A DNA stretch of 64,000 nucleotides, taken from Escherichia coli. GTDB taxonomy: Bacteria > Pseudomonadota > Gammaproteobacteria > Enterobacterales > Enterobacteriaceae. The stretch lies in NCBI RefSeq assembly GCF_024223415.1, contig NZ_CP100500.1. One strand, written 5' to 3'. Both the position numbers and the translations under genes were made by a program. Below are positions 19,740-30,092 of this stretch, in pieces (the first letter of the stretch is position 1; each line of letters starts with the position of its first letter). Below the pieces are notes generated by a model. It was not told the DNA's origin, searched no databases, and was given only the letters and a program-made list of their open reading frames with translations.

Positions 19740-20492
19740 GTGAAAATCTGCTTAATTGATGAAACAGGCACCGGAGACGGTGCCTTATCTGTTCTGGCGG
19801 CTCGCTGGGGGCTGGAACATGATGAAGACAACCTGATGGCGCTGGTATTAACGCCGGAACATCTGGAATTGCGCAAGCGTGATGAGCCAAAACTTGGCGG
19901 CATCTTTGTTGATTTTGTTGGCGGAGCGATGGCGCATCGTCGCAAATTCGGCGGTGGTCGCGGAGAGGCGGTGGCGAAAGCGGTGGGCATTAAAGGCGAT
20001 TATTTGCCGGATGTGGTGGACGCTACCGCAGGGCTGGGGCGCGATGCCTTTGTGCTGGCTTCGGTCGGCTGCCGCGTGCGGATGCTGGAGCGTAATCCAG
20101 TCGTTGCCGCGCTACTCGACGACGGCCTGGCGCGTGGATATGCGGATGCGGAAATCGGCGGCTGGTTGCAGGAGCGTTTGCAGTTAATTCACGCCTCCAG
20201 CCTGACGGCGCTGACCGATATTACTCCGCGCCCGCAGGTGGTCTATCTCGACCCGATGTTCCCGCATAAGCAGAAAAGCGCGCTGGTGAAAAAAGAGATG
20301 CGCGTCTTTCAGTCGCTGGTGGGACCGGATCTTGATGCCGATGGATTACTGGAGCCTGCACGCTTGCTGGCGACCAAACGCGTGGTGGTAAAGCGCCCGG
20401 ACTACGCGCCACCGCTGGCGAATGTCGCCACGCCAAACGCGGTTGTCACTAAAGGGCATAGGTTTGATATTTATGCCGGAACGCCAGTGTAA
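19740..20492 (+). CDS. rsmJ: 16S rRNA m2G1516 methyltransferase RsmJ (YhiQ)
   Basis: ORF 19635-20492; GTG start at 19740 ([10 protein letters not shown]...) gives the 250-aa SAM-dependent methyltransferase, immediately after the prlC stop. Confidence 0.85.
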   Translation: MKICLIDETGTGDGALSVLAARWGLEHDEDNLMALVLTPEHLELRKRDEPKLGGIFVDFVGGAMAHRRKFGGGRGEAVAKAVGIKGDYLPDVVDATAGLGRDAFVLASVGCRVRMLERNPVVAALLDDGLARGYADAEIGGWLQERLQLIHASSLTALTDITPRPQVVYLDPMFPHKQKSALVKKEMRVFQSLVGPDLDADGLLEPARLLATKRVVVKRPDYAPPLANVATPNAVVTKGHRFDIYAGTPV

Positions 20493-20497
20493 AAGTA

Positions 20498-20530
20498 AAG
20501 CAGGGTAGCGATAACGCTACCCTGCTTTCT
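20498..20530. terminator. bidirectional terminator between rsmJ and dtpB
   Basis: GCAGGGTAGCG-ATAA-CGCTACCCTGC hairpin followed by TTTCT. Confidence 0.6.
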
Positions 20531-20540
20531 GCAAGAATAA

Positions 20541-22010
20541 TTAATGGCTTTCCGGCGTCGCAATCATGCGTTTCAGCCACGGCACCATCAACAGCATCAC
20601 TACTGCAACGCCCAGCGTGACCAGACCAATCTTACCAAACACGTTGGTATAGACGGGCAACGTCTCAAGCGGATCGGTAATGTTGTCCGGCACCGCGGTA
20701 AATGTTGCCACATAGCCGCCCAGCAAGAACGCGGCAGCCTGCGTCAGGAACCACATCCCGAGAATAAAGCCCATCAAATGCTGCGGCACCAGAGCAGCAA
20801 TCATCGCCAGGCCAAGGGCGCTAATAAACAGTTCACCTAAGCTCTGGAATAAGTACACCAGCACGATAAACCATGGCGATGTCAGCCCTTGTGCATCCGC
20901 AAACCACATTCCCGCAGCTGCCGCCGTCAAAAAGCCCAGTGAGCACATAAACATGCCGAGAGTAAATTTCATCGGCATCGAGAGGTCTTTGCCTTTGTTA
21001 CCCAGATGCGTGTAAATGCCTGCCAGTATTGGGCTGGCGAGTACCACCCAGAACGGGTTAAGCGCCTGGAAGCTGACCGGGTTGATGGAAAAGCCGAGAA
21101 TTTCATGATGCACGTTGTTGATGGCAAAGAAGTTCAGCGACGTTGGCATCTGGGCGTAGAGAATGTAAAACACCACCGCTTCGAGCATCAGGACAAAGGC
21201 GACAAACATTTTATTGCGCCCGGTTTTATCCAGCTTGAATGCCTGACGAAAGAAGATGATGGTGACGACGATGGAGAGAACAATCAGCACCAGATTGGCG
21301 ACTTCTACGTTGTGCATCAGCCATGCACAGACGAAGATCATCACCACGCTGCCAAGTAACACGTACAACAGTTTGCTGAAGCTCATCGGCCGGAAGTCGG
21401 GTTCAGAACCAATGTCTTTCACCATTCCACGACAGGCGATGTAAACCAGTAATGCGATAATTAACCCCGCACCGCACAGGTTGTAGGTGACTGAATAGCC
21501 GAATTTATCAGCGATCACAGGGGCCAGCGATAACGCTATCAACGAGCCGATGTTGATCGACATATAGAACAGGGTGAATGCGCCATCAAGCCGCGGATCT
21601 TTCGGCGGATAGCACTTCGAAAGCAAGCTGGCTGGGTTAGCTTTAAACAGGCCGTTACCGACAGCGATAGTCCCCAGGGCGATGAAAATCAGGTCAGGCT
21701 TAAGTAGCGACAGGCCGGTCATGAAGTAGCCAATCGCCAGCACAAGTGCTCCGAGAACAATGGTGCGTTTGGTCCCCAGCAGGTGGTCGCCGACATAGCC
21801 GCCAATGGAAATGAGGCCATAGACCAGCGCAGCAAAAGCACCAAAAGTGACAAAAGCCTGCTCTTGCGAGAATCCAAGCTGTTTAACGAAGAAAACCGCC
21901 AGTACGCCCTGCACGCCGTAGTAGCCGAATCGCTCCCATAACTCGACAAAAAAGATCATGAAAAATGGGCGAGGTTGCTGCAGCATCCCCATGGGTGTTG
22001 TTGTATTCAT
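20541..22010 (-). CDS. dtpB: proton-dependent di/tripeptide permease DtpB (YhiP), POT family
   Basis: 489-aa MFS/POT transporter with ExxERFxYYG motif ([10 protein letters not shown]). Confidence 0.9.
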   Translation of the reverse strand: MNTTTPMGMLQQPRPFFMIFFVELWERFGYYGVQGVLAVFFVKQLGFSQEQAFVTFGAFAALVYGLISIGGYVGDHLLGTKRTIVLGALVLAIGYFMTGLSLLKPDLIFIALGTIAVGNGLFKANPASLLSKCYPPKDPRLDGAFTLFYMSINIGSLIALSLAPVIADKFGYSVTYNLCGAGLIIALLVYIACRGMVKDIGSEPDFRPMSFSKLLYVLLGSVVMIFVCAWLMHNVEVANLVLIVLSIVVTIIFFRQAFKLDKTGRNKMFVAFVLMLEAVVFYILYAQMPTSLNFFAINNVHHEILGFSINPVSFQALNPFWVVLASPILAGIYTHLGNKGKDLSMPMKFTLGMFMCSLGFLTAAAAGMWFADAQGLTSPWFIVLVYLFQSLGELFISALGLAMIAALVPQHLMGFILGMWFLTQAAAFLLGGYVATFTAVPDNITDPLETLPVYTNVFGKIGLVTLGVAVVMLLMVPWLKRMIATPESH

Positions 22011-22223
22011 ATTTATTAACCTTCCAATACCATCCTGAAAAGTATGAACGCGTAAGGGATAACGCGCGAAAAAGTTTACATCTGTCAGAGATTCTTAATA
22101 TTGATGCGGTGAATAGATTAATACACTATTACAACAGAAAATAACCAGCTGATCACACTAATGATGGAAAATATGATGGTGTTAAATATTGTATTGGCTG
22201 GGGATTTTGATTGCGAACGCAGA

Positions 22224-22256
22224 CCGTAGGCCAGATAAGGCGTTTACGCTGATCAG
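22224..22256. repeat. REP-like palindromic element
   Basis: CGTAGGCCAGATAAGGCGTTTACGCTGATCAGG resembles enterobacterial REP units. Confidence 0.4.
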
Positions 22257-22270
22257 GTAACAAGGCGCGC

Positions 22271-22300
22271 CAAAAAGCAAAACGCCCGCATATGCGGGCG
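22271..22300 (-). terminator. uspA Rho-independent terminator
   Basis: CGCCCGCATATGCGGGCG perfect palindrome immediately downstream of the uspA stop, with a U-rich tract on the minus strand. Confidence 0.7.
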
Positions 22301-22326
22301 TTCAGGAACACGTCGTGGAGGGAAGA

Positions 22327-22761
22327 TTATTCTTCTTCGTCGCGCAGCGGAACAATCAGCATATCAACGTGAACGGTGTTGATCAGCTGACGTGCGGAAG
22401 ACATCAGTTTGCTCCAGAAGTCCTGGTGGTGACCACAAACCACCAGATCCATATCGTATTTCTTGATTGCATCGACCAGAACCTGGCCCAGGTCGCCGCT
22501 GCCGCTCAGGGTTTCAGTGATTGGGTAGCCTGCATTAGTGGAAAGCTCGGTCAGCGCATGATGTGTCTCTTCAGAGATGCGTTTCTGCATATCACCCAGA
22601 TTCACATCAATAAGCCCGGTGTATAGGTCAGAGTAGTTTACATCTACGTGGATCAGAGAAACTTTCGCATTGTATGGGCGAGCCATAGAGACTGCTTTCT
22701 CTACCAGAACTTTGCTTTCCGGGGAGAGATCGACCGCGATGAGAATGTGTTTATAAGCCAT
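22327..22761 (-). CDS. uspA: universal stress protein A
   Basis: 144-aa ORF, UspA family. Confidence 0.95.
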
Positions 22762-23151
22762 AGTGTTACTCCTTCCATAAAGTTGTCGATGACTGGCCAG
22801 CTAGCGTTTCTTGTGCCGTTACGTCACCCGCGTCCTGCGAACTACGTGCGCGGGGCTAACCCAGCCGTAAAGATTCAGTGTTAAGACCATCCTTACCTTA
22901 TAGCGACCCGGATGATCCGTCAATCCGCCTTGCTTACCCGTTAGATAAACAAATTTTCGACATGAATATATTGATAGTGGTTAACCTTCTGGAAAAAAAA
23001 CAACCTGATCTCCTACACTATCTATAGAGCCGCTCGGATGTTGGTTACCACAAAAGCGGTTTCTCCAGGACCTGGTGTTAACTGATTGGCAGCGTATCGG
23101 GAGCGGTAGCCCCGGGGTGGAACTCCGCGGGCAGGTCGCCGGGGAGGAGGT

Positions 23152-23487
23152 ATGATAAGCACCGTCGCATTATTTTGGGCTTTATGTGTCGTTTGCATTG
23201 TTAACATGGCGCGCTATTTCTCATCACTACGCGCGTTGTTAGTGGTACTGCGTAACTGCGATCCATTGCTCTATCAATATGTTGATGGAGGGGGCTTTTT
23301 TACCTCACATGGCCAACCCAACAAACAGGTGCGTCTCGTTTGGTATATCTATGCCCAACGTTATCGCGATCATCACGATGATGAGTTTATTCGCCGCTGT
23401 GAGCGGGTGCGTCGGCAGTTTATTCTGACTAGCGCATTGTGTGGTCTGGTGGTGGTCAGCCTGATTGCATTGATGATTTGGCATTAA
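23152..23487 (+). CDS. uspB: universal stress protein B (small membrane protein)
   Basis: 111-aa ORF with two hydrophobic segments; divergent from uspA. Confidence 0.9.
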
Positions 23488-23510
23488 GCTCTTCAGCAAT
23501 AATAACGCAT

Positions 23511-23546
23511 AAAAAAAGCGGGCCAGTAAACTGACCCGCTCGTTTT
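23511..23546. terminator. bidirectional terminator between uspB and pitA
   Basis: AAAAAAAGCGGGCCAG-TAAA-CTGACCCGCTCGTTTT: hairpin flanked by an A-run and a T-run. Confidence 0.6.
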
Positions 23547-23557
23547 GGTGCGTACGA

Positions 23558-25057
23558 TTACAGGAACTGCAAGGAGAGCCAGTACAGCCCGCCGGAAAGC
23601 AGTACCGCAGCCGGAAGGGTAAACACCCAGGCCATCAGAATGCTGGTCACGGTTTTACGCTGTAAGCCGCCACCATCTACCACCATTGTCCCCGCGACAG
23701 AAGAGGAGAGTACGTGAGTAGTGGAAACCGGCATCCCGGTATAACTCGCCAGGCCGATAGACACTGCCGCCGTCATCTGGGCAGACATCCCCTGAGCGTA
23801 GGTCATGCCTTTCTTACCGATTTTCTCACCGATAGTCGTTGCCACACGACGCCAGCCAATCATCGTACCGATACCTAACGCCAGCGCGACCGCCATGATG
23901 ATCCACACCGGCGCATACTCGATGGTGCTAAGCATGTCGGACTTCAGTTTCTTCAACAGGCGCTGATCGTCAGCACTCACGCCAGGCATCTTCACCACTT
24001 TGTCGATAGTGTCAGAAACGCACAGCATAATGCGGCGCATCTGGCTACGTTGATCAAGCGACAGCTTGTCGTAGCTTTCCACATCGGTAGTCAACATGCC
24101 TTTCAGGCGGTTGAGCGCGTTAATGGTATTCGACGGATGGCAATGGAACTCCGCGGGTTGCGTTGCGCCAGCTTCCGGAGCCGGTACTAACTGATCAGTA
24201 CCGGTAGCCTGTTTGAGCAGCGCAGGATGCTGCTCAAAGTAAGCTTCGACGTTGTTGATGGCATCACGGGTACGGGTGATTTCGTAGCCAGTGGCATTCA
24301 TGTTCACCACGAAGCCTGCTGGTGCGACACCAATCAATACCAACATAACCAGACCAATGCCTTTCTGACCATCGTTCGCGCCGTGCGAAAACGCCACGCC
24401 GATAGCGGAAAGGATCAGCGCAATACGCGTCCAGAACGGCGGCTTTTTCTTGCCGTCTTTCTTTTCACGCTCCGCTGGGGTCAGGTGGATACGGGCGCGT
24501 TTCTTGGTGCCGCTCCAGTAGCGACGCAGCAAGAAAATCAGACCGCCAGCAAACACCAGGCCGACAATAGGGGAAACGATCAGAGAACCGAAAATACTTA
24601 ATACTTTCGGGATATTGAGTGCATCCACCACTGACGTCCCGGTCATCAACGCATTGGTTAAACCAATCCCGATGATCGCGCCAATCAGCGTATGAGAGCT
24701 GGATGCAGGTAAACCAAAGTACCAGGTACCCAGGTTCCAGATAATCGCCGCCAGCAACATAGAGAACACCATGGCAAGGCCATGAGACGATCCCATATTA
24801 AGCAGCAGATCCGTCGGCAGCATATGCACAATGGCATAGGCAACACTCAGACCACCCAGCAAAACACCCAAAAAGTTGAACACCGCTGCCATAACCACGG
24901 CGAGCTGAGAACGCATCGCGCGGGTATAGATAACGGTTGCCACGGCGTTGGCTGTGTCATGGAAACCATTGATGGCTTCGTAGAACAGCACAAAAGCCAG
25001 TGCAAGCAATAATAACAGCCCGGTATGCAAATCCAGGCCAGCAAACAAATGTAGCAT
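23558..25057 (-). CDS. pitA: low-affinity inorganic phosphate transporter PitA
   Basis: 499-aa ORF, PiT family membrane transporter. Confidence 0.95.
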   Translation of the reverse strand: MLHLFAGLDLHTGLLLLLALAFVLFYEAINGFHDTANAVATVIYTRAMRSQLAVVMAAVFNFLGVLLGGLSVAYAIVHMLPTDLLLNMGSSHGLAMVFSMLLAAIIWNLGTWYFGLPASSSHTLIGAIIGIGLTNALMTGTSVVDALNIPKVLSIFGSLIVSPIVGLVFAGGLIFLLRRYWSGTKKRARIHLTPAEREKKDGKKKPPFWTRIALILSAIGVAFSHGANDGQKGIGLVMLVLIGVAPAGFVVNMNATGYEITRTRDAINNVEAYFEQHPALLKQATGTDQLVPAPEAGATQPAEFHCHPSNTINALNRLKGMLTTDVESYDKLSLDQRSQMRRIMLCVSDTIDKVVKMPGVSADDQRLLKKLKSDMLSTIEYAPVWIIMAVALALGIGTMIGWRRVATTIGEKIGKKGMTYAQGMSAQMTAAVSIGLASYTGMPVSTTHVLSSSVAGTMVVDGGGLQRKTVTSILMAWVFTLPAAVLLSGGLYWLSLQFL

Positions 25058-25288
25058 AGGACGTTACGCCATTTTGAGGACATGAACGCGGCGCATTATC
25101 AGTGACTTTCGCGGCGCGGGCAAAGTGAAATATAGACTTTTTTTGATTTGCCTCCTGTATGGATTTCACTCAAAAAATAATTATCTTATATAATTCAGGC
25201 AAATACTTCCTTTTAGTAATATTGATGCTGGTGCGACCACTGAGGAATCTTTACAATTCACGCCCGTTTTTTCTAAGAGGAGCGCAAC

Positions 25289-26491
25289 GTGGAAAGGTTT
25301 GATGCCATTATTATAGGCGCTGGTGCGGCGGGTATGTTCTGTTCTGCGCTGGCAGGTCAGGCAGGACGCCGGGTTCTGCTGATCGATAATGGTAAAAAAC
25401 CAGGGCGCAAAATCCTTATGTCTGGCGGTGGGCGCTGCAACTTTACCAACCTTTATGTCGAACCGGGCGCTTATCTGAGCCAGAATCCGCATTTTTGTAA
25501 GTCTGCACTCGCGCGTTTTACCCAGTGGGATTTCATTGATCTGGTCAATAAACACGGCATCGCCTGGCACGAGAAAACGTTAGGGCAACTCTTCTGCGAT
25601 GACTCCGCTCAGCAGATTGTCGACATGCTGGTGGATGAGTGCGAGAAGGGCAATGTGACCTTCAGATTGCGTAGCGAAGTGCTGAGCGTGGAGAAGGATG
25701 ATACAGGCTTCACGCTTGAACTGAACGGCATGACTGTCGGTTGCGAAAAGCTGGTCATCGCGACCGGTGGACTGTCAATGCCGGGGCTGGGCGCGTCGCC
25801 GTTTGGTTATAAGATTGCCGAACAATTTGGCCTCAACGTGCTGCCGACCCGCGCGGGTCTGGTGCCATTCACTCTGCATAAACCGTTGCTCGAAGAGTTA
25901 CAGGTGCTGGCGGGCGTGGCGGTGCCTTCCGTGATTACCGCTGAAAACGGCACCGTTTTCCGAGAGAACTTACTCTTCACCCACCGCGGCTTATCTGGAC
26001 CGGCGGTGTTGCAGATTTCCAGCTACTGGCAACCGGGTGAATTTGTCAGTATCAATCTGCTACCGGATGTGGGCCTCGAAACCTTCCTGAATGAGCAGCG
26101 TAACGCACATCCGAATCAGAGCCTGAAAAACACACTGGCGGTTCATCTACCGAAGCGGTTGGTTGAACGCTTACAGCAACTCGGGCAAATCCCGGATGTT
26201 TCGCTAAAACAGCTCAACGTGCGTGACCAACAGGCACTGATTAGCACATTGACCGACTGGCGCGTACAACCCAACGGCACTGAAGGCTATCGCACTGCCG
26301 AAGTGACGCTCGGCGGCGTGGACACTAACGAACTCTCTTCACGGACGATGGAAGCGCGCAAAGTGCCTGGGCTGTACTTTATCGGCGAAGTGATGGACGT
26401 TACCGGCTGGCTGGGGGGCTATAACTTCCAGTGGGCGTGGTCGAGTGCATGGGCTTGTGCGCAGGATTTGATTGCAGCGAAGTCGTCCTGA
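25289..26491 (+). CDS. yhiN: FAD-dependent flavoprotein YhiN (HI0933 family)
   Basis: 400-aa ORF with N-terminal GAGAAG FAD-binding motif. Confidence 0.9.
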   Translation: MERFDAIIIGAGAAGMFCSALAGQAGRRVLLIDNGKKPGRKILMSGGGRCNFTNLYVEPGAYLSQNPHFCKSALARFTQWDFIDLVNKHGIAWHEKTLGQLFCDDSAQQIVDMLVDECEKGNVTFRLRSEVLSVEKDDTGFTLELNGMTVGCEKLVIATGGLSMPGLGASPFGYKIAEQFGLNVLPTRAGLVPFTLHKPLLEELQVLAGVAVPSVITAENGTVFRENLLFTHRGLSGPAVLQISSYWQPGEFVSINLLPDVGLETFLNEQRNAHPNQSLKNTLAVHLPKRLVERLQQLGQIPDVSLKQLNVRDQQALISTLTDWRVQPNGTEGYRTAEVTLGGVDTNELSSRTMEARKVPGLYFIGEVMDVTGWLGGYNFQWAWSSAWACAQDLIAAKSS

Positions 26492-26752
26492 GCTATTTTT
26501 CCTAAAGATGAAAATTATTAGAGTCGCATTAAAAATGAGCTAATTTTGATAGTGGCTATCTTGTGATTATTTTCTAATGAGCCCGTGAACTGAACCCCCC
26601 ATGCTTAATATAAGGTGGAGGGAAAGGTGATTGAAAACTCACCCAGTGGGCTGATCTTTATAAAATATGAACAGGTTGAAAAAAACAGTAACTTTGCTGT
26701 TTTTTATACTTAACCACTATGCATTAATGCTGCGTTATTTCATTCTACCTAA

Positions 26753-26790
26753 GAAAAACCAGCGTTACGCAAATGGTCAACGCTGGTTTT
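26753..26790. terminator. bidirectional terminator between yhiN and yhiM
   Basis: AAAAACCAGCGTT-ACGCAAATGGTC-AACGCTGGTTTT. Confidence 0.6.
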
Positions 26791-26806
26791 ATCCGGTACG
26801 TTGCAA

Positions 26807-27859
26807 TTATTTTTTAGCAGAACCCGCTTCTAATATTGAAACGATTGAGAACAACGTAAAGCATACCGCTCCCAAACCGACCAGAACCCGCGAAGGAATA
26901 AAATATCCCATATCGGTCTGCGCCATTTCCGCAAGAAACGATGCCAGGAAAAGGCAAAACAGGCAGGTGAAGACGGGAATCATCGGTATTCTGTTGGCTA
27001 ACGAACAGGTACGTCTCCAGACCAGTGCCAGTAGCCAGACTTTTGAGAATATGCTGTAACAGATCATTCCGAGGCAAATGAGAATAATGCCGGGAGCCAG
27101 TCGGGCGCTTGCATCGGAGCTGACTAAGACGTATATGCCCTGCAGCACCGTGATTGAGCCGAGAAAAATAACCCAATAACACCACAGCCAGTGCTCTTTC
27201 GTTGAAAACGTATTACGTGTTTGATGGACGATTGTGGCAACAAGGCCAATTAGACAGGCACAGATTGCGGTTAACCCGAGCAATACGTGACCGGCGACAT
27301 AATGCGGAGTTATGTCGGCACTACGTAACAGCGTAATAGACCAAATGAAACCGAGCAGGGTGAGTAACACGGGAACGGCAATGAGGCAATTACCGATTAA
27401 TGAAGAATAAGCCTGTACCGGTGTTCCGTCGCTCTTGCTCCCCGCTGCGTTTTTAGGAATGAGCAGAAAGTGACCGGATGACGCTGCCACCGTCGATACA
27501 CAGGCGGCAATCATACCAACGCCGAAAATAACATGGCCGGCGACAAACTCGTCTGCCATCACATCATTACCTGCTAACAGTGCCCAACCCCATATCATGG
27601 TGATAATTGACCCCGCATAGCCAATAATGGGGAACAATGTATTGTAAAACGTATTAACGCCGCGCGTGAGCTGCGAAATGATAATAAATGCGGTAGTGAA
27701 TAATGCCAGGCATATGGCTGCCAGAGAAATGAGCACATGACCCGCGACGAAATACTCGCTTTGCCCTGAACTTTCCAGCACAAAGCCACCTAACGCGATA
27801 CAAATCAAGCCCATAATTAAAGGGATTAATTTGAAAAGCCACCCGATATATATGTTCAC
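26807..27859 (-). CDS. yhiM: inner-membrane protein YhiM (acid resistance associated)
   Basis: ORF 26807-27958; likely GTG start (VNIYIGWLFKL...) preceded by GGAG; polytopic membrane protein about 350 aa. Start coordinate uncertain by a few nt. Confidence 0.8.
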   Translation of the reverse strand: MNIYIGWLFKLIPLIMGLICIALGGFVLESSGQSEYFVAGHVLISLAAICLALFTTAFIIISQLTRGVNTFYNTLFPIIGYAGSIITMIWGWALLAGNDVMADEFVAGHVIFGVGMIAACVSTVAASSGHFLLIPKNAAGSKSDGTPVQAYSSLIGNCLIAVPVLLTLLGFIWSITLLRSADITPHYVAGHVLLGLTAICACLIGLVATIVHQTRNTFSTKEHWLWCYWVIFLGSITVLQGIYVLVSSDASARLAPGIILICLGMICYSIFSKVWLLALVWRRTCSLANRIPMIPVFTCLFCLFLASFLAEMAQTDMGYFIPSRVLVGLGAVCFTLFSIVSILEAGSAKK

Positions 27860-28241
27860 TTTAAACTCCTCAGGTATCCCTGCTAATATTGAAATGTGCA
27901 TTAATGATAATTTCAGCCTGTTAATACAATGACGAGATATCATTAAAGACAAATGCATAGCATAACTATAGCGGGGTTTACTTTGCAGAGCGCTACTTTT
28001 CAGAGTTCAAAAGGCCATGATAAATAAATATTTATCCTAAGATTAATTCTTATTCTGTTGTTTTTTACGATTATCTTCCAGGGAGGGATTCTTTTTCATT
28101 ATTTGGTAAAAGACCGGATGGTCTCGGTGCTTAAAATCAGCGAGCATATACGCATTATTGCTTTATATCGTCGAAAATATGTCTTTCAGACATGTATCAT
28201 TTATTTTGTTACTAACAAGTCAAAAATATCACGGGTTATTT

Positions 28242-29831
28242 ATGAAAGTATTTCACAATATATTTAAGCACATCCCTTCAAACCATAAAGATAAGCATTC
28301 AGATAAAGTTAATAATCATCAACACCATGGCAAGGTTGATAAAAAACATCGTTCAGAGATAGTTGAAATTGATAAGCTGGATAAACATTCGCAAATAGAT
28401 AACGATTTAGGCCTGCATATCATCTATTTCCTGCAACATGGTCGCTGGAATGTAAATGAACATAGTTCTCGGATAGAAAAAATATGGTTTTACAATAGTG
28501 AGCCATCTATAGATATTCAAGAATATAATAGTTTCGCCGATAATACTACTGACACGTTTATCTTTACAATTATACCAGACAATAACCATGTGATAAAATT
28601 ATCGTCTCCGATTACAGTTAAGATTGAGTGTAAGGATGGTTATTATTTTATTAATTTCTCCGGAGATAAATCAGACATAATTTATAAAGTTAATGGGCTT
28701 TCTATCATACCTGAAAATTTCTTTACTCTCCTTAGCGGTAATTTTAAAGCTGACTGGCGTTGGGCTGTCTCTAAAGAGACGTTTACTAAGGAAAAGTTTG
28801 ATAGCTATGTTGAATCTGTTTTTTCAAAAATAGACTTTTATAAACAGTGTGGTGTGATTAACCCACAAAATGCCAACACGGCTTATTTTGGCGATACAGA
28901 TGGAAGAGTAGGCGCTGTACTTTATGCATTGCTCGTTTCAGGGCATATAGGCATCAGGGAAAAGGGGTGGAGTTTATTATGTGATTTATTAGAACACGAA
29001 GACATGGCTTCATTCGCATATGAAAATAAAAAATTGGAAAAACTCTTTACTTTATTAGATAAGAGAGACATGATCTTGAATGAGTTGCATCAACATGTTT
29101 TTTTAAAATGCGATGCGATTACCCCTTGTATCTTCCTTGGGGATCATACAGGCGATAGATTTAGTACTATTTTTGGTGATAAATATATCCTTACTTTGCT
29201 AAATTCTATGCGAAATATGGAGGGTAATAAAGATAGTCGTATAAATAAAAATGTCGTTGTTCTGGCTGGAAATCATGAAATCAATTTTAATGGTAACTAT
29301 AGTGCACGACTAGCAAATCATAAACTCTCTTCCGGTGATACATATAACTTAATAAAAACGCTCGATGTTTGTAATTATGACTCAGAAACGAAAGTTTTAA
29401 CCAGTCATCACGGAATAATAAGAAATGAAGAAAATGAATGTTATTGTCTAGGTGCTTTGCAGGTTCCATTTAATCAGATGAAAGACCCAATTGATCCTGA
29501 GGAATTAGCAAATATATTTAATAAAAAACATAAACAACACATGGATGATCGTCTTATCCATCTAATTAGAAGCAATGCTATAGCATCCACACCTGTATAT
29601 GACAATTATTTTAATAACACTACTGCTTTCAGACCAAAACCTGAAGATATCTTCAAATGTGGACAGACGCTCAAAAAAAGTAAACAGAAATATGGCCATT
29701 ATGGATTAGGGGTAGATCAGCATCAAAAAATTGATAATTATACCATGGGGCTAAATTCCTGGAAGATAGCACTTAACGAACGTGGTGATAAAAAAGGTGT
29801 CCCAGGGCTTAGTTGTTTTCAACCTCGTTAA
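28242..29831 (+). CDS. yhiL: YhiL-type protein (intact), paralogue of YhiJ; putative divergent PPP-family metallophosphoesterase domain
   Basis: ORF 28158-29831 opens with a TTG; ATG at 28242 (MKVFHNIF...) preferred. C-terminal half contains FGDTDGRVGAV, FLGDHTGDRFS, VLAGNHE and SHHG motifs; His/Lys-rich N-terminal tract; AT-rich. Confidence 0.6.
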   Translation: MKVFHNIFKHIPSNHKDKHSDKVNNHQHHGKVDKKHRSEIVEIDKLDKHSQIDNDLGLHIIYFLQHGRWNVNEHSSRIEKIWFYNSEPSIDIQEYNSFADNTTDTFIFTIIPDNNHVIKLSSPITVKIECKDGYYFINFSGDKSDIIYKVNGLSIIPENFFTLLSGNFKADWRWAVSKETFTKEKFDSYVESVFSKIDFYKQCGVINPQNANTAYFGDTDGRVGAVLYALLVSGHIGIREKGWSLLCDLLEHEDMASFAYENKKLEKLFTLLDKRDMILNELHQHVFLKCDAITPCIFLGDHTGDRFSTIFGDKYILTLLNSMRNMEGNKDSRINKNVVVLAGNHEINFNGNYSARLANHKLSSGDTYNLIKTLDVCNYDSETKVLTSHHGIIRNEENECYCLGALQVPFNQMKDPIDPEELANIFNKKHKQHMDDRLIHLIRSNAIASTPVYDNYFNNTTAFRPKPEDIFKCGQTLKKSKQKYGHYGLGVDQHQKIDNYTMGLNSWKIALNERGDKKGVPGLSCFQPR

Positions 29832-29894
29832 AACTCCATGAGTGCTGTGGTATGTTTTTTTAATCCTGCCAGTATTTCATAGGTTTTCTTAATC

Positions 29895-29931
29895 GATTGT
29901 AGAGGTATGTACTGATGACGCCTCTACAATC
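29895..29931. terminator. perfect hairpin between the two paralogues (possible terminator/attenuator)
   Basis: GATTGTAGAGG, 15-nt loop, CCTCTACAATC; followed by only a short T tract. Confidence 0.35.
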
Positions 29932-30092
29932 TTTAGGGACTTTCTCTACTATGAGATAGGAAATTTCATATTATGCTTTAAGGCTGAATGATTTGTGCAA
30001 AATATAATTATTTTTCCATCGAACATGAGGTGTATGTCATAAGATTAAATGATAACTATGTATTCCTCGCGGTGAATTATATGAGGTAAAAG